64,000 bases of DNA. Origin: a virus (taxonomy: Duplodnaviria > Caudoviricetes). Under the pieces are notes generated by a model. That model did no database searches, had not been told where the DNA came from, and worked only from the letters and a program-made list of their open reading frames with translations. The position numbers and the translations under genes were made by a program. Of the stretch, positions 54,913 to 64,000 are shown piece by piece; positions within the stretch are counted from its first letter, which is position 1, and each line of letters starts with the position of its first letter. The stretch spans positions 1 through 64,000 of the IMG/VR virus record IMGVR_UViG_3300002220_000003; one strand, 5' to 3'.

Positions 54913-55397
54913 GTCCTCAAAACGCTTGCTAATCGATCTCCGCCAGAATCAATGATAGGAGATAACAGGGCAAGGATTTTTGTAAATACCTTATCGGAAG
55001 GTCTCGATGTAAAATATTCCACTTCGATGACATCGATCTTTTCACTTTTTATATTATCATCCGATGTCGGCAATAAACAATCAGGGGAAAGAGATTCCTC
55101 ATAGGCTGCATGACACACCCCTCTTTTTAAGGGTTTGGGTATCTCATCGTCGTCATAATATGTTCCAAAACGCGGCCACTCCAAAGGATTATCATAATCT
55201 TCTTTTTCTCCCTTGAAGTGCAGGGATTCGATGAATACCATTGCTCGCAAAATCGCCGTCTGTTTATCTGTCGTAGCAAGACTCGCCCATGCCGAATATC
55301 CCATATCATCACAATAAGTATCTACTTCATCAACGGTAATATAGGAATTGGCTGATGCACTGGCGGCTGTACCATCTTCGACGATTATTTCCGGCAT
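54909..55397 (-). CDS. Head-tail adaptor (often annotated DnaT-like)
   Basis: IIVEDG....ANSY, LEWPR, IP..LK......A, KSEKIDVIEVEY. Confidence 0.75.
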   Translation of the reverse strand: MPEIIVEDGTAASASANSYITVDEVDTYCDDMGYSAWASLATTDKQTAILRAMVFIESLHFKGEKEDYDNPLEWPRFGTYYDDDEIPKPLKRGVCHAAYEESLSPDCLLPTSDDNIKSEKIDVIEVEYFTSRPSDKVFTKILALLSPIIDSGGDRLASVLRT

Positions 55398-55411
55398 GAC
55401 TGCCTCCTACC

Positions 55412-55693
55412 TTATTGTCTTTTCTTGCGCCCTTTGCCTTTGTCCGTATCGATCTCGCTTTCCTGATCATTTGCCGGGGGATTATTTGCAGGCGGAGCCG
55501 CTTCCTGCGGAGATTCGCCTTGTTTCTTATCGATATCCTGACCGACCGTCGGGGCCACTTTCTTTTCTACGGGAGGTTTTTGTCCCGGGGGAAGAAAAGA
55601 AAAATTACCGGATCTGACTGCTTCTTTCGCATCAACCATGTGATTATGAAAATGTTGATTTCCCTTTTTATCATACACTGCTATTTTCGCCAT
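55412..55693 (-). CDS. Hypothetical protein
   Basis: 93 aa with a low-complexity C-terminus. Confidence 0.55.
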   Translation of the reverse strand: MAKIAVYDKKGNQHFHNHMVDAKEAVRSGNFSFLPPGQKPPVEKKVAPTVGQDIDKKQGESPQEAAPPANNPPANDQESEIDTDKGKGRKKRQ

Positions 55694-55697
55694 TTGA

Positions 55698-56945
55698 TTA
55701 CCCTCCTATAGTTTGAGTTACAAGATTGATAGATTGATTTTCCTTTGATGGCGGCGGAGGCGATCCCACTTCCATCGACAAAGGAATCCCTGCATTATCA
55801 ATCGTTGCTTTAAAATCACGCAAGAAAAGCCGCCTCAATTCAGGCGGGAGTTTCTCAAGAACCTGCAATAATGCCCTGAAGGAATTTACTCCTTCGATCA
55901 AATGGGTCAATGAACGATGATACAAAACATATGCCAGACCATGAGCATTATGGGAATATATAAATCGATTTCCTTTTATTGTAGGATCTTGAGATAGTTT
56001 ATTAAAAATCTCAAGATATGCCTTCGCGCCCTCAAGTTTTATATCAACGTCATTATCAAAAACCCCAAACTCGAGAACTCCAAGAGCAAGATCAATATCG
56101 CCCGGGATGGCTTCAAGACCTAAAGCCAAAACCCTTTTTGCATCATCTCTTTGCCTTACATGAAGATGCAAACGAAACAGGGTAAAATAAATTGATTTGT
56201 TAAAAAGATCCGGATCTATATTTTCTCTTGCTGCCAGATACCTTTCGCCCCACTTAATAGCTTCTTGATTGTCCGTTCCACCTTCGGCATTTAATTGACA
56301 AAGATAAAACATGGCATCATAATCATGAATATTTTCCTCAAGCCTTTTTCTAAGCAGGGTATTTGTTCTTGTATATTTTACTTTCTTCTGATCAGCGGTG
56401 AGATCATATCCATAATGATTGATATAGATAAATTCACACATCACCGACTCAAGACTTCCTCTTATAATCTGAGGATTATTATGAACAATTCCCTGATAGC
56501 GCAAATCACCTTTTCGAGATAATCTTGTGGAATTAAATGTCATGATCTCGTGGCCCTTCTGGATATCATGAATTACCACGGCGCTGGCAACATGCGTATC
56601 GGGAATATTTTCAAGGAAAGAGAAAAGCTGTTCTCTTGTCTTTTCTTTATCTTGTATATAAGATTTGAATTCTTCATCGGCATCGATGATCAAAACCCAC
56701 TTCCCTTCGGCATAATCGATACTTTGATTACGATGAATCGAGAAATTGTTTTCCCAAGGATGCTCAAAAATACGGGCTCCATACGACCGGGCGATTTCCA
56801 TCGTCCTGTCTGTAGAGCCCGTATCAACAATTACAATCTCATCGACAATACCCTGAATCGACTTCAGGCATTTCTCGATGTTCCGCTCCTCATCTTTTAC
56901 CATGAGGCAAGCGGATAGAAAAGGTCTTCCCGGATTCTTTTCCAT
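55698..56945 (-). CDS. GT2 glycosyltransferase with TPR-like C-terminus
   Basis: LSACLMVKDEE, VDEIVIVDTGSTD.T, W..NFS..RN, DADE, R...VH, HYGY. Confidence 0.9.
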   Translation of the reverse strand: MEKNPGRPFLSACLMVKDEERNIEKCLKSIQGIVDEIVIVDTGSTDRTMEIARSYGARIFEHPWENNFSIHRNQSIDYAEGKWVLIIDADEEFKSYIQDKEKTREQLFSFLENIPDTHVASAVVIHDIQKGHEIMTFNSTRLSRKGDLRYQGIVHNNPQIIRGSLESVMCEFIYINHYGYDLTADQKKVKYTRTNTLLRKRLEENIHDYDAMFYLCQLNAEGGTDNQEAIKWGERYLAARENIDPDLFNKSIYFTLFRLHLHVRQRDDAKRVLALGLEAIPGDIDLALGVLEFGVFDNDVDIKLEGAKAYLEIFNKLSQDPTIKGNRFIYSHNAHGLAYVLYHRSLTHLIEGVNSFRALLQVLEKLPPELRRLFLRDFKATIDNAGIPLSMEVGSPPPPSKENQSINLVTQTIGG

Positions 56946-56956
56946 TCCCTGTCTCC

Positions 56957-57433
56957 TTACTTTTTGCTCAAGAAGGCGCTGAAGGTCGGCCCGGTTACAA
57001 AGGTCCCGCCGAACATGACCTTAACCCTCAAATACTGATATATCGTTCCGCAAAAATCATTTGTCCACGGAAGGACATATCTGCCTGTCGATGGAGAGCC
57101 GTTTGAGGCACCAAAGGATCCACCCATCTTGATTGATTCTGCCGCGAAGGCAATGCCAACACCCAGCCGGGCAAGCGTCTGAAATCCCTTATCAAAGCTC
57201 GAAAGATTCGATCCTCTGACGCAAAAGAACAATGCCTGACCGCTGGCAACCGTCGTAAAGTTGGTATCAACGGCCGAAATATCAACGATCAATTTGCCCT
57301 CAGTAAACCCGCCGCCGGTATCAATCGTAACCGGAGCAGCTGCCCCATATGTGCAGTAGGCCGCCGTGGCCAAAACCGCTGAAGCTCTTAACATCAGGTC
57401 TTCATCTACGATATGTTTTCTCTGATCCAACAT
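56957..57433 (-). CDS. Capsid decoration/cement protein candidate
   Basis: Beta-rich 158 aa directly after the MCP gene; ends QYLRV...G.....AFL. Confidence 0.6.
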   Translation of the reverse strand: MLDQRKHIVDEDLMLRASAVLATAAYCTYGAAAPVTIDTGGGFTEGKLIVDISAVDTNFTTVASGQALFFCVRGSNLSSFDKGFQTLARLGVGIAFAAESIKMGGSFGASNGSPSTGRYVLPWTNDFCGTIYQYLRVKVMFGGTFVTGPTFSAFLSKK

Positions 57434-57474
57434 GTCAAAACCTCCTTATAAATTTTTTATCCCGCACATAGCGG

Positions 57475-58407
57475 TTATGCAGTTGCCGTTGTGTTCTGGA
57501 TATATCTCAAGCGGGCAATCGCTCTCGGACGGAGAACAGCCAGAGAAATATACCATTCAACCCTTGTCCTGAAAGCAGGCTTCTCATCAAGCTCACCGAG
57601 ATCCCTGACCTGCATCTCCTGATTCTGGAGACCGACAACGCCATTTTCCGCGAAGGATGTGCAGTAGATGGAACAACAAACCGAACTTCCCGATGCAGCC
57701 GCTTCGTCAAAGGACATGATGTCGGTATTGGTATTGTCCTTATCGACAATGAGAATTGGCAGATCGTTATACTGCGTAACCCGGCGACCGAAAGCATCAA
57801 CGGAATATGTGATATATCCGCCAACCGTGCTTGTCCTTGCCGCCTGCGTCAGCCGCCTTCTCATCGTTTTATTCATGACGAGATGTGTCGGCTCTTCGAC
57901 GACATCAATCAATTCGTCGAGTTTGATGAGAGACAGGCCGGCCCCTGATGCAGCAGAGCTGTTATCCACCAGATTATCACCCGTGCACCTGACCTGAAAA
58001 CCGTCCATGCCCTTCGGGGTCGTGGTAACATCGCCCTTGATTATTTCCTTTGTCATGGAGAGGGCAAGGGCCTTGATCTTGAGTCCTTCCTGAATCGCTC
58101 TCTGATCATCACCGCCGGTATCAACAAGGAATTTGTCAACATCAATATCACCACCGGCGATGCAGAGCGCCTCAGTGATATTGTCGACTTCCCCTGTCCC
58201 TTCAGCAAAGGCCTCGTTTACTGCCCTGAAGGCGATGTCCGGCAGGGTCTTTTCTCTGTTGAAAGAGAGGGCATTACCCTGAATGTTTTCGAATGGGAGC
58301 GACTGCAAAACATCGGAGCTTTTGGCATAAAGCTCCATGATCGTTGCTTTCAGCGTCTCATCCTTTCCCATAGCAATTTTCGCAGATTCGATAAGTGTTA
58401 AAGCCAT
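57475..58407 (-). CDS. Major capsid protein (HK97 fold)
   Basis: MALTLIE.AK, LPF.NI.G, G.IDVD, FDG, MN...RR, YRTRVEW-like end; follows the scaffold gene. Confidence 0.88.
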   Translation of the reverse strand: MALTLIESAKIAMGKDETLKATIMELYAKSSDVLQSLPFENIQGNALSFNREKTLPDIAFRAVNEAFAEGTGEVDNITEALCIAGGDIDVDKFLVDTGGDDQRAIQEGLKIKALALSMTKEIIKGDVTTTPKGMDGFQVRCTGDNLVDNSSAASGAGLSLIKLDELIDVVEEPTHLVMNKTMRRRLTQAARTSTVGGYITYSVDAFGRRVTQYNDLPILIVDKDNTNTDIMSFDEAAASGSSVCCSIYCTSFAENGVVGLQNQEMQVRDLGELDEKPAFRTRVEWYISLAVLRPRAIARLRYIQNTTATA

Positions 58408-58439
58408 GATCTAACCTCCTTTTGTTTTTTATGTCCGTG

Positions 58440-58555
58440 GATAAAAAAATCCCGGACAGATTATTTAACTTCTAATCCCTCCGGGATTCGATACTCTATC
58501 ACCGATAGATATCTAATTTTTTTGATCTCCCCGCGTCAGCCCGCCGGGCTCAAGG
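58440..58555 (-). other. Structured intergenic leader of the capsid gene (three hairpins, last with a U tract)
   Basis: TCCCC/GGGGA, CTATC/GATAG and AATCCCGGA/TCCGGGATT stems, then T7. Confidence 0.5.
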
Positions 58556-58566
58556 GGAAATCAGAT

Positions 58567-59337
58567 TTACTTTTTCACACCTCCTTGACTATGAATATAT
58601 TTCAATCTCTCTTGAGGTGGTAATTTTGCAAGATCCTGTTTTGTCCCAAATCCCGCACTACCGCCACTTTTATCACTTCCGCCCGCGCCGCCGCCACCCG
58701 AAGATTCAAAAAGAAAAGGAGCAGTTGTAACCAAGGCCTGTGCCCATTCAGTAAATGTCAAGGCCTCTTTTCCATCCTTACCATACAATAATCTATCGCC
58801 TTCTTTTGGAACAGGTTTATTATCTTCAAGCCTCCATGTCTGCCGGCCTCTGGAAAGTATGTCCTGCATGGCTTCTTTTCGAACAACTCCTACCGCATTA
58901 ACGGCCTTTGTAATTTCGCTGTCTATCAAAACTTCCGAGAGCCTCTGGGTCGTACTCGTCAAATTCTTTTCTCTTTCATCGATGGCGAGCTTGAGCTGTT
59001 TGATCTGCTCATCATAATCAGCCTTCATCCGTTCGACTTTCTGATTGACAAGCTCATCGATCTTACCGGCCTCAATCAACTTTTTGTCGTCAACGGCCTG
59101 TAGTTTTTTCTTCATCGCCTGCAATTCATCAAGGTCGACACCATCAAACTTTTTCTTCATTGCTTCCAATTCTTTCTGTAATTTGATGTTATTTTCCCTG
59201 AACTCGGCGATCTTCTGCTTTGCTCCTTCATCCTCCTCCGTCTGCAAATGAAACTTGCCGTCTCCACCCTGCTTATACAAAGCGGCAACGGCCTCTGACA
59301 GACCTTCAAGATTCTCTACAACCAGTTTTAACGCCAT
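58567..59337 (-). CDS. Capsid scaffolding protein
   Basis: MALK...L..L......LY....DGKF.L; coiled coil; SGGGG.GG tail. Confidence 0.8.
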   Translation of the reverse strand: MALKLVVENLEGLSEAVAALYKQGGDGKFHLQTEEDEGAKQKIAEFRENNIKLQKELEAMKKKFDGVDLDELQAMKKKLQAVDDKKLIEAGKIDELVNQKVERMKADYDEQIKQLKLAIDEREKNLTSTTQRLSEVLIDSEITKAVNAVGVVRKEAMQDILSRGRQTWRLEDNKPVPKEGDRLLYGKDGKEALTFTEWAQALVTTAPFLFESSGGGGAGGSDKSGGSAGFGTKQDLAKLPPQERLKYIHSQGGVKK

Positions 59338-59380
59338 GATCTCCTCCCGGTTTATTTACTTACCCTGCATCATTATATTT

Positions 59381-59410
59381 AACTATAACAAATATAATAA
59401 CTGGAGTCAA
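59381..59410 (-). promoter_or_regulatory. Sigma70-like promoter upstream of the scaffold gene
   Basis: TTGACT-17 bp-TG.TATAGT. Confidence 0.55.
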
Positions 59411-59431
59411 GAAAAAAATAGAATTTTTTGA

Positions 59432-59797
59432 TTAGGAGGAAAGATTATTTTCTTGTTTGAATAATGCTATTTCATCATTCTCAAGGAGGGAATAAATCAA
59501 TTTTGCCACCATCTGTCTTGTAAGACCATTTTCCTTTACCGCTTCATCCCATTGTTTATATCCCGGATACAATGGATCGTCAGGAGAAATGATCATGATC
59601 TGACAATCTCCAATTTTCCATGGCCCTTCACCCTCAATCTCTCCGGGAACAAAATGAAAGGGATGAAAAGAGGCTTCATACCATCCCACATCGGCAAACC
59701 ATATTCCATCCTTACCCTTGAAAAGTTCGGCGATAATCCTTTCTCCACCAATAGGATGAATGATCTTTAATGGTTTATTGATCTGAAACAGATCCAT
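59432..59797 (-). CDS. Hypothetical protein, candidate immunity
   Basis: 121 aa, downstream of the toxin-bearing head gene. Confidence 0.5.
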   Translation of the reverse strand: MDLFQINKPLKIIHPIGGERIIAELFKGKDGIWFADVGWYEASFHPFHFVPGEIEGEGPWKIGDCQIMIISPDDPLYPGYKQWDEAVKENGLTRQMVAKLIYSLLENDEIALFKQENNLSS

Positions 59798-60000
59798 TAT
59801 TCCTCCTTCTCATATACGATTTCATTTAATTGATCATCCGTCGGAGTGAGATGTTTATCATTCCCATAGGCAATATTATTAGGAATTCCTTCTGGAAATG
59901 CTTCACAAATTACAATCTCTGACCTCTCTGTTCCGTCAGGCTGATCAACTCCTATAAAATACTTACATCGACGGATACTACATTTTGGTTCTTCGATCAT
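59797..60000 (-). CDS. Small Cys-containing protein (C..C...CEAFPEGIP..I..G..H), candidate immunity
   Basis: Directly downstream of the MuF-like gene and preceded by a TGATATAAT motif. Confidence 0.6.
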   Translation of the reverse strand: MIEEPKCSIRRCKYFIGVDQPDGTERSEIVICEAFPEGIPNNIAYGNDKHLTPTDDQLNEIVYEKEE

Positions 60001-60041
60001 TTTATCTCCTGATATATTATATCATATTTTTAAGAATACTT

Positions 60042-63000
60042 TTATACTCCATATTTTTTCTTAATAACTACCTGTTGTAAAGGTCGGCCGTCAGGAAATT
60101 TTGTATAACCATGGTTTCTAAAAACATTTATAACATTATCTACTTCGCTCTGATCATCACAAATTATATATTTGAGTTTCTCAAAAATACTAAGGCTATT
60201 TTTAAAATTTGTTTCATTATATCTATCAGCGGTCGCACCTTTCCATTGTTGAATATTGCCCCGTAATCTATTATTGGCTATATACTCTTGAGACGACACT
60301 CTTCCATATGAATCCCCTCCATAGCTTATAGCATCAAGCCTTCTAAGAAGATCAGTATCCCATACAAGTCCTTGTTGTTTTTCAGCCATTCCAACCTTCC
60401 ATATCCTTGTAAAAACATAATCTGCACCACCGGATGACATATCTCTCTCCGGGGACATTCCGCCCCATTTTATTCCCGTCCTGATTTTATCCGTCGTTGA
60501 AATAAGGCTGCCGCCGGAATTGAGAACGGCATCCATGCTTTTTACCATATCGCCTGAGTGTAATGAATGATATATAACATAATCTTGTCTGAATTGATCA
60601 AATTCCGGAGTGCCAACAAGATCCGGACGCCATCTTCTTGTCATTCCTGTATCAAATGGCCCCCGTGATCCCGCCGGATTATATCCGGGAAGACTTGTCA
60701 CATTATCAACCCCCAATCTTTGACTAACCTCCTGCCGGAGAGCAAGGACCTGATTTTGAGGAGGAAGATTTTTAATTGATTGAATAAAAGACAAACTATT
60801 TGAAGCATTTTCCTGATACAAAATCTGCTTCAGATATAAGACCTCTTCATCAAGGACCGACGGAATCGAAACATCGATATTTAATTTTTTAAGGATCGAA
60901 ATAACTTTATCCGATACCTCTTTTCCTTCACCTTCGGCAATAATCTGTACTTTGCCTTTGAGGGCAAAACTTATTTTCCCGTCTTTAGCCGGCCAATATC
61001 TTATTTTAACGCCTTCGATTTCACCTTCGTAATAATGAACATATGAAGACGTTCCATTAAAAGTAATATGTTCCCCGGTATCAACGGCAAATCCTCTTTG
61101 CAATTTTCTCTCTTCAAAAAATCCTTTTACCTTTTTCAAAAATTGATCAGATTGTTTAGTTTTTACCTTTTTAATAATTTCAGAGATATCTCTAAATGCA
61201 TTTAACTTACTCACCAAAACATCTACCCTACCACCAACACCAACATCTTCCACCTCTTTCAAAAAATTTATCCACTTGCCAAAATGATTTTCAAAAGCAA
61301 TTATGTCCTCATTTAAAATTAAACCCTCACTACCCTTTGATACCAATGTTGAATAAATCTGATCGTATGATTTAATAGCAGCCTTTGCCCTCGTAACATC
61401 TACCTCTCGAATGGATCCCGACGCAAGATTATCCATCTGTTTATTGATCCCTTTGATAGCCATTATCGTATCATTATAAATTTTATTGGTAGAAATAACG
61501 GCGGGTTGATCAGCCTCTTGTTCTGCAAATTTAACAAATTTATTAAGATTTGTCGCTCCTTTTTCTCTGACCTTCAAATTAACCCATGTCCTCTTATTAC
61601 CAGACGGATCAGTATCCACATAAAACAAAAGATTATGATCTTCGATATCTTCTTTATCAACTCTAACACTATATCCGGAAATACGGGAATTGGTTATCTG
61701 CTCCTGCTCAAAGGTAGTAATTAATTGGCCCGCCTGTGATGGAGGGGTAACAGGTTTTGATAATTGCTCCGGTTTAATATGAGGAAATTTCTTCGCGATA
61801 TCATCCCTTCTTGCAATCAAAGTACTAACCAATTCTTTTGCATCTCCCGGGTCTGTCGGTCCAAATTCATTTACCAATGATCGGATCCGAGCATCAGAAA
61901 TAGAAATTACTTTTCTCACTCCATTTTCCAAATCGCCTTGTTTAATATTACCAAAGACTTTTGCCGCTTGTGCATTACTCCCGGGATTTCTCATACTATC
62001 AAGTTCGGTAACGATATTTCCAAAAGACTTTCCTTTAAGCCCTCCCTGTGCACGATATCTGAGTGATCCGCCGACATCAATTCTGATAGCCCTTGTCCCC
62101 TTTTGCAAAAGATTATCAAAATTTAATCCAACAACATCCCAATCCCCTAACCATGCATCAACTACAAAATCATCTCCGATCCCCGATATAAAACTTCTTT
62201 TAACACCCTGCATATCAAGTGATGAAAGATCATCAATAATCCGAGATGCAATTCCAAGTTTATCCCCGACCTTGACATAACTTAACTCAGGCACTTCAAC
62301 CCCTGCGGCCTGATACAATTTACTTGCAAGCATTTCATTCCTTGCAACATCAATGCTATCCGGAATCTTAACATAATATCTATCGGCGGGATTATCTTTC
62401 ATATGATAATATCCCCCGGTATTAGATCCCTTTTGTTCTCCATACTTAATCATGTCATCAAAATTAAGCATTGGAGATTGTGCTTTGGTATACGTCCATT
62501 TTGAGGGCATGTCGCCAGGTAAATCAAATTTTCCTGCAAGAAATTCCCATTTGTCTTTCGCGCTTGATTTTAAAAAGTCTTCTATCTCATCATCATATAA
62601 AGAATTCAATAAGTCTTTACCTGTCGGAGTTGAAAGAATATCATCGATCTCTTTAATCCCTGATGTCCCTATTTTTGGGAGGCCCCCGGGCTCAGGAGCA
62701 GTAACTATTTTTGGTGGCGGAGTCTTGCCTATTTTACCGAGAGCTTTTTCTATCTTGAGATCCCACAATTCCTTTTCTGCTGCCGATAAAGAATCATAAG
62801 CAGCCTGCCAGCCGGGGGAAGGCGGCTGCCCTGCTACTTTAGCCGCTTTGTATTTTTGCAAATAGGCATTCTTGATCTTTTCATACTGGACCTTTTCTAT
62901 CGGATCCGTTAGATCATAAATCTTTTTACCTCCGAGAGTGGCCGTAGTAACCGTTTTTTGCTTGATAAGATTTTCAAGTTGTCCCTGAATAAACAAAATC

Positions 63001-64000
63001 TTATCATCACCATTCGGCATGGCGGTAACCTGTGATATGATATCTGTTAAATCCTTTGTTGATACTTTACCGGAATACTGCTCAATAACTGCTTTAAGAT
63101 TATTTGAATAAGTCAATAAATCTTGTTTATATGTCGCAAGAGAAGATTTAAGTTTCGCAAGTCTTTCCTCTATCGTACCGAGATTATATATTTCTTCCAT
63201 CAAACCTTGATTTTTGGCAAACATTTGAGCAGCCTCGGCGGTAGAGGCCAGATTAACAAATTCATTGCCAAATTTTGCATCCTTGACTACATTACTTAAA
63301 TATTCATATTTTTCTTTTTGGGCTCCAAAAGAATTTGCTATGTTTAAATATTGCGTATCTATACTATTAAATAACGCCGGATCTTCTGCTATCAAATCAC
63401 TTATCTTATTTTTATAAAGAATTTCCTCGTTTTTATGTTCTTCGATAGCCCTTTCAAGTTTGCTTATTTTCTTATTGAGATCAGCCTCTTTTTCTAATTC
63501 ACCTGCAAGATTAGGATTTTTGGCCAATATTATATGTGCTTCATCTGTCATTACAAGTTTATTATATTGTGCTGCGGGGCCTTGAGTTAAATCGGTCATT
63601 TTATTCTTGATCGCCTGATATCTGATTTTGTAATCAGCCGGCAGCAAACCTTCCGCCTTTAAGGCCTGCTCTGCTTCAATTGCCAACGGATCAGCCTGCT
63701 TCAATTTCTGCATTGCCTTGAAATATTTAACAGTGGTATTATGCTTTTTCTCCATGACAAAATTATAGGCTTTAACGGGGTCATCACCAACAGAGCCCGC
63801 AAATTTTTCAAGCGTCTCCGCTTCTATTCCCCCCGATTGCAACCATACTTCGAGTTTAGCCGAAGCATGTGTTTTCATAGTCTCTTGTGCAATCACAAAC
63901 TTTGTCTTTGTAGATACGTCATCAAATGTTTCAAGCATTTTATTGGCTTCTTTTGCCAGACTCGGATGAACTTTGCTTAACAGATCATCAAGCTCTTGCG
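60042..64000 (-). CDS. Large MuF-like minor head / ejected protein, 5' end beyond window; carries HipA/PI3K-like kinase and C-terminal ART-like domains
   Basis: Frame is open to 64000. Kinase motifs YYVK, NEMLASKLY, DAWLGDWD, DN, IDVG. C-terminal YH..GGSLIST..SGGADYVFTR. The MuF call is positional only because the N-terminus is not visible. Confidence 0.65.
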   Translation of the reverse strand, partial: QELDDLLSKVHPSLAKEANKMLETFDDVSTKTKFVIAQETMKTHASAKLEVWLQSGGIEAETLEKFAGSVGDDPVKAYNFVMEKKHNTTVKYFKAMQKLKQADPLAIEAEQALKAEGLLPADYKIRYQAIKNKMTDLTQGPAAQYNKLVMTDEAHIILAKNPNLAGELEKEADLNKKISKLERAIEEHKNEEILYKNKISDLIAEDPALFNSIDTQYLNIANSFGAQKEKYEYLSNVVKDAKFGNEFVNLASTAEAAQMFAKNQGLMEEIYNLGTIEERLAKLKSSLATYKQDLLTYSNNLKAVIEQYSGKVSTKDLTDIISQVTAMPNGDDKILFIQGQLENLIKQKTVTTATLGGKKIYDLTDPIEKVQYEKIKNAYLQKYKAAKVAGQPPSPGWQAAYDSLSAAEKELWDLKIEKALGKIGKTPPPKIVTAPEPGGLPKIGTSGIKEIDDILSTPTGKDLLNSLYDDEIEDFLKSSAKDKWEFLAGKFDLPGDMPSKWTYTKAQSPMLNFDDMIKYGEQKGSNTGGYYHMKDNPADRYYVKIPDSIDVARNEMLASKLYQAAGVEVPELSYVKVGDKLGIASRIIDDLSSLDMQGVKRSFISGIGDDFVVDAWLGDWDVVGLNFDNLLQKGTRAIRIDVGGSLRYRAQGGLKGKSFGNIVTELDSMRNPGSNAQAAKVFGNIKQGDLENGVRKVISISDARIRSLVNEFGPTDPGDAKELVSTLIARRDDIAKKFPHIKPEQLSKPVTPPSQAGQLITTFEQEQITNSRISGYSVRVDKEDIEDHNLLFYVDTDPSGNKRTWVNLKVREKGATNLNKFVKFAEQEADQPAVISTNKIYNDTIMAIKGINKQMDNLASGSIREVDVTRAKAAIKSYDQIYSTLVSKGSEGLILNEDIIAFENHFGKWINFLKEVEDVGVGGRVDVLVSKLNAFRDISEIIKKVKTKQSDQFLKKVKGFFEERKLQRGFAVDTGEHITFNGTSSYVHYYEGEIEGVKIRYWPAKDGKISFALKGKVQIIAEGEGKEVSDKVISILKKLNIDVSIPSVLDEEVLYLKQILYQENASNSLSFIQSIKNLPPQNQVLALRQEVSQRLGVDNVTSLPGYNPAGSRGPFDTGMTRRWRPDLVGTPEFDQFRQDYVIYHSLHSGDMVKSMDAVLNSGGSLISTTDKIRTGIKWGGMSPERDMSSGGADYVFTRIWKVGMAEKQQGLVWDTDLLRRLDAISYGGDSYGRVSSQEYIANNRLRGNIQQWKGATADRYNETNFKNSLSIFEKLKYIICDDQSEVDNVINVFRNHGYTKFPDGRPLQQVVIKKKYGV

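Noticed and set aside
57437-57457. Possible self-target of spacer pair TGGAGGTTT/AAAATTTAA upstream of the decoration gene (AAAATTTAT-A-AGGAGGTTT)
   Set aside because: Both matches are 8/9, on the same strand and with a 1-nt gap. This is not the opposite-strand geometry expected, and it is plausible by chance in AT-rich RBS regions.

Overview
This window is a 64-kb segment of a tailed dsDNA bacteriophage genome (long non-contractile tail, siphovirus-like). Essentially all real genes lie on the minus strand; the plus-strand ORFs are shadows. In transcription order (right to left): a large MuF-like head protein truncated by the window edge, with kinase-like and ADP-ribosyltransferase-like toxin domains; scaffold; major capsid; a GT2 glycosyltransferase; head-tail joining and tail genes; a mosaic tail fibre; lysis genes; a block of early genes; helicase/primase; a 7-deazaguanine DNA-modification pathway (QueD, QueE, QueC, PRTase-FolE fusion, YhhQ, DpdA/TGT-like); a Pol III-type replisome (DnaN, DnaE fused to a family-4 UDG, DnaX); recombination genes (SSB, RecA, flap nuclease, resolvase, split Rad50 plus Mre11); nucleotide metabolism; and a second early block. 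The top finding is at the far left. A nuclease-less Nop/IS110-like protein (375-1157) is followed directly by a 36-nt-periodic dual-repeat array (7-375: TGCGAGCCA-N9-TGAAATCCA-N9, about 10 units). This is the architecture of a TIGR-Tas RNA-guided DNA-targeting system (TasA type), here with an unusual Cys/His insertion. Also notable: three free-standing paralogues of the DpdA N-terminal module interleaved with replisome genes, a probable AUU start for the primase, and a C-loop three-way-junction RNA. No portal, terminase, integrase, tRNA or CRISPR was seen. All protein calls are from motif recognition by eye, not database searches.
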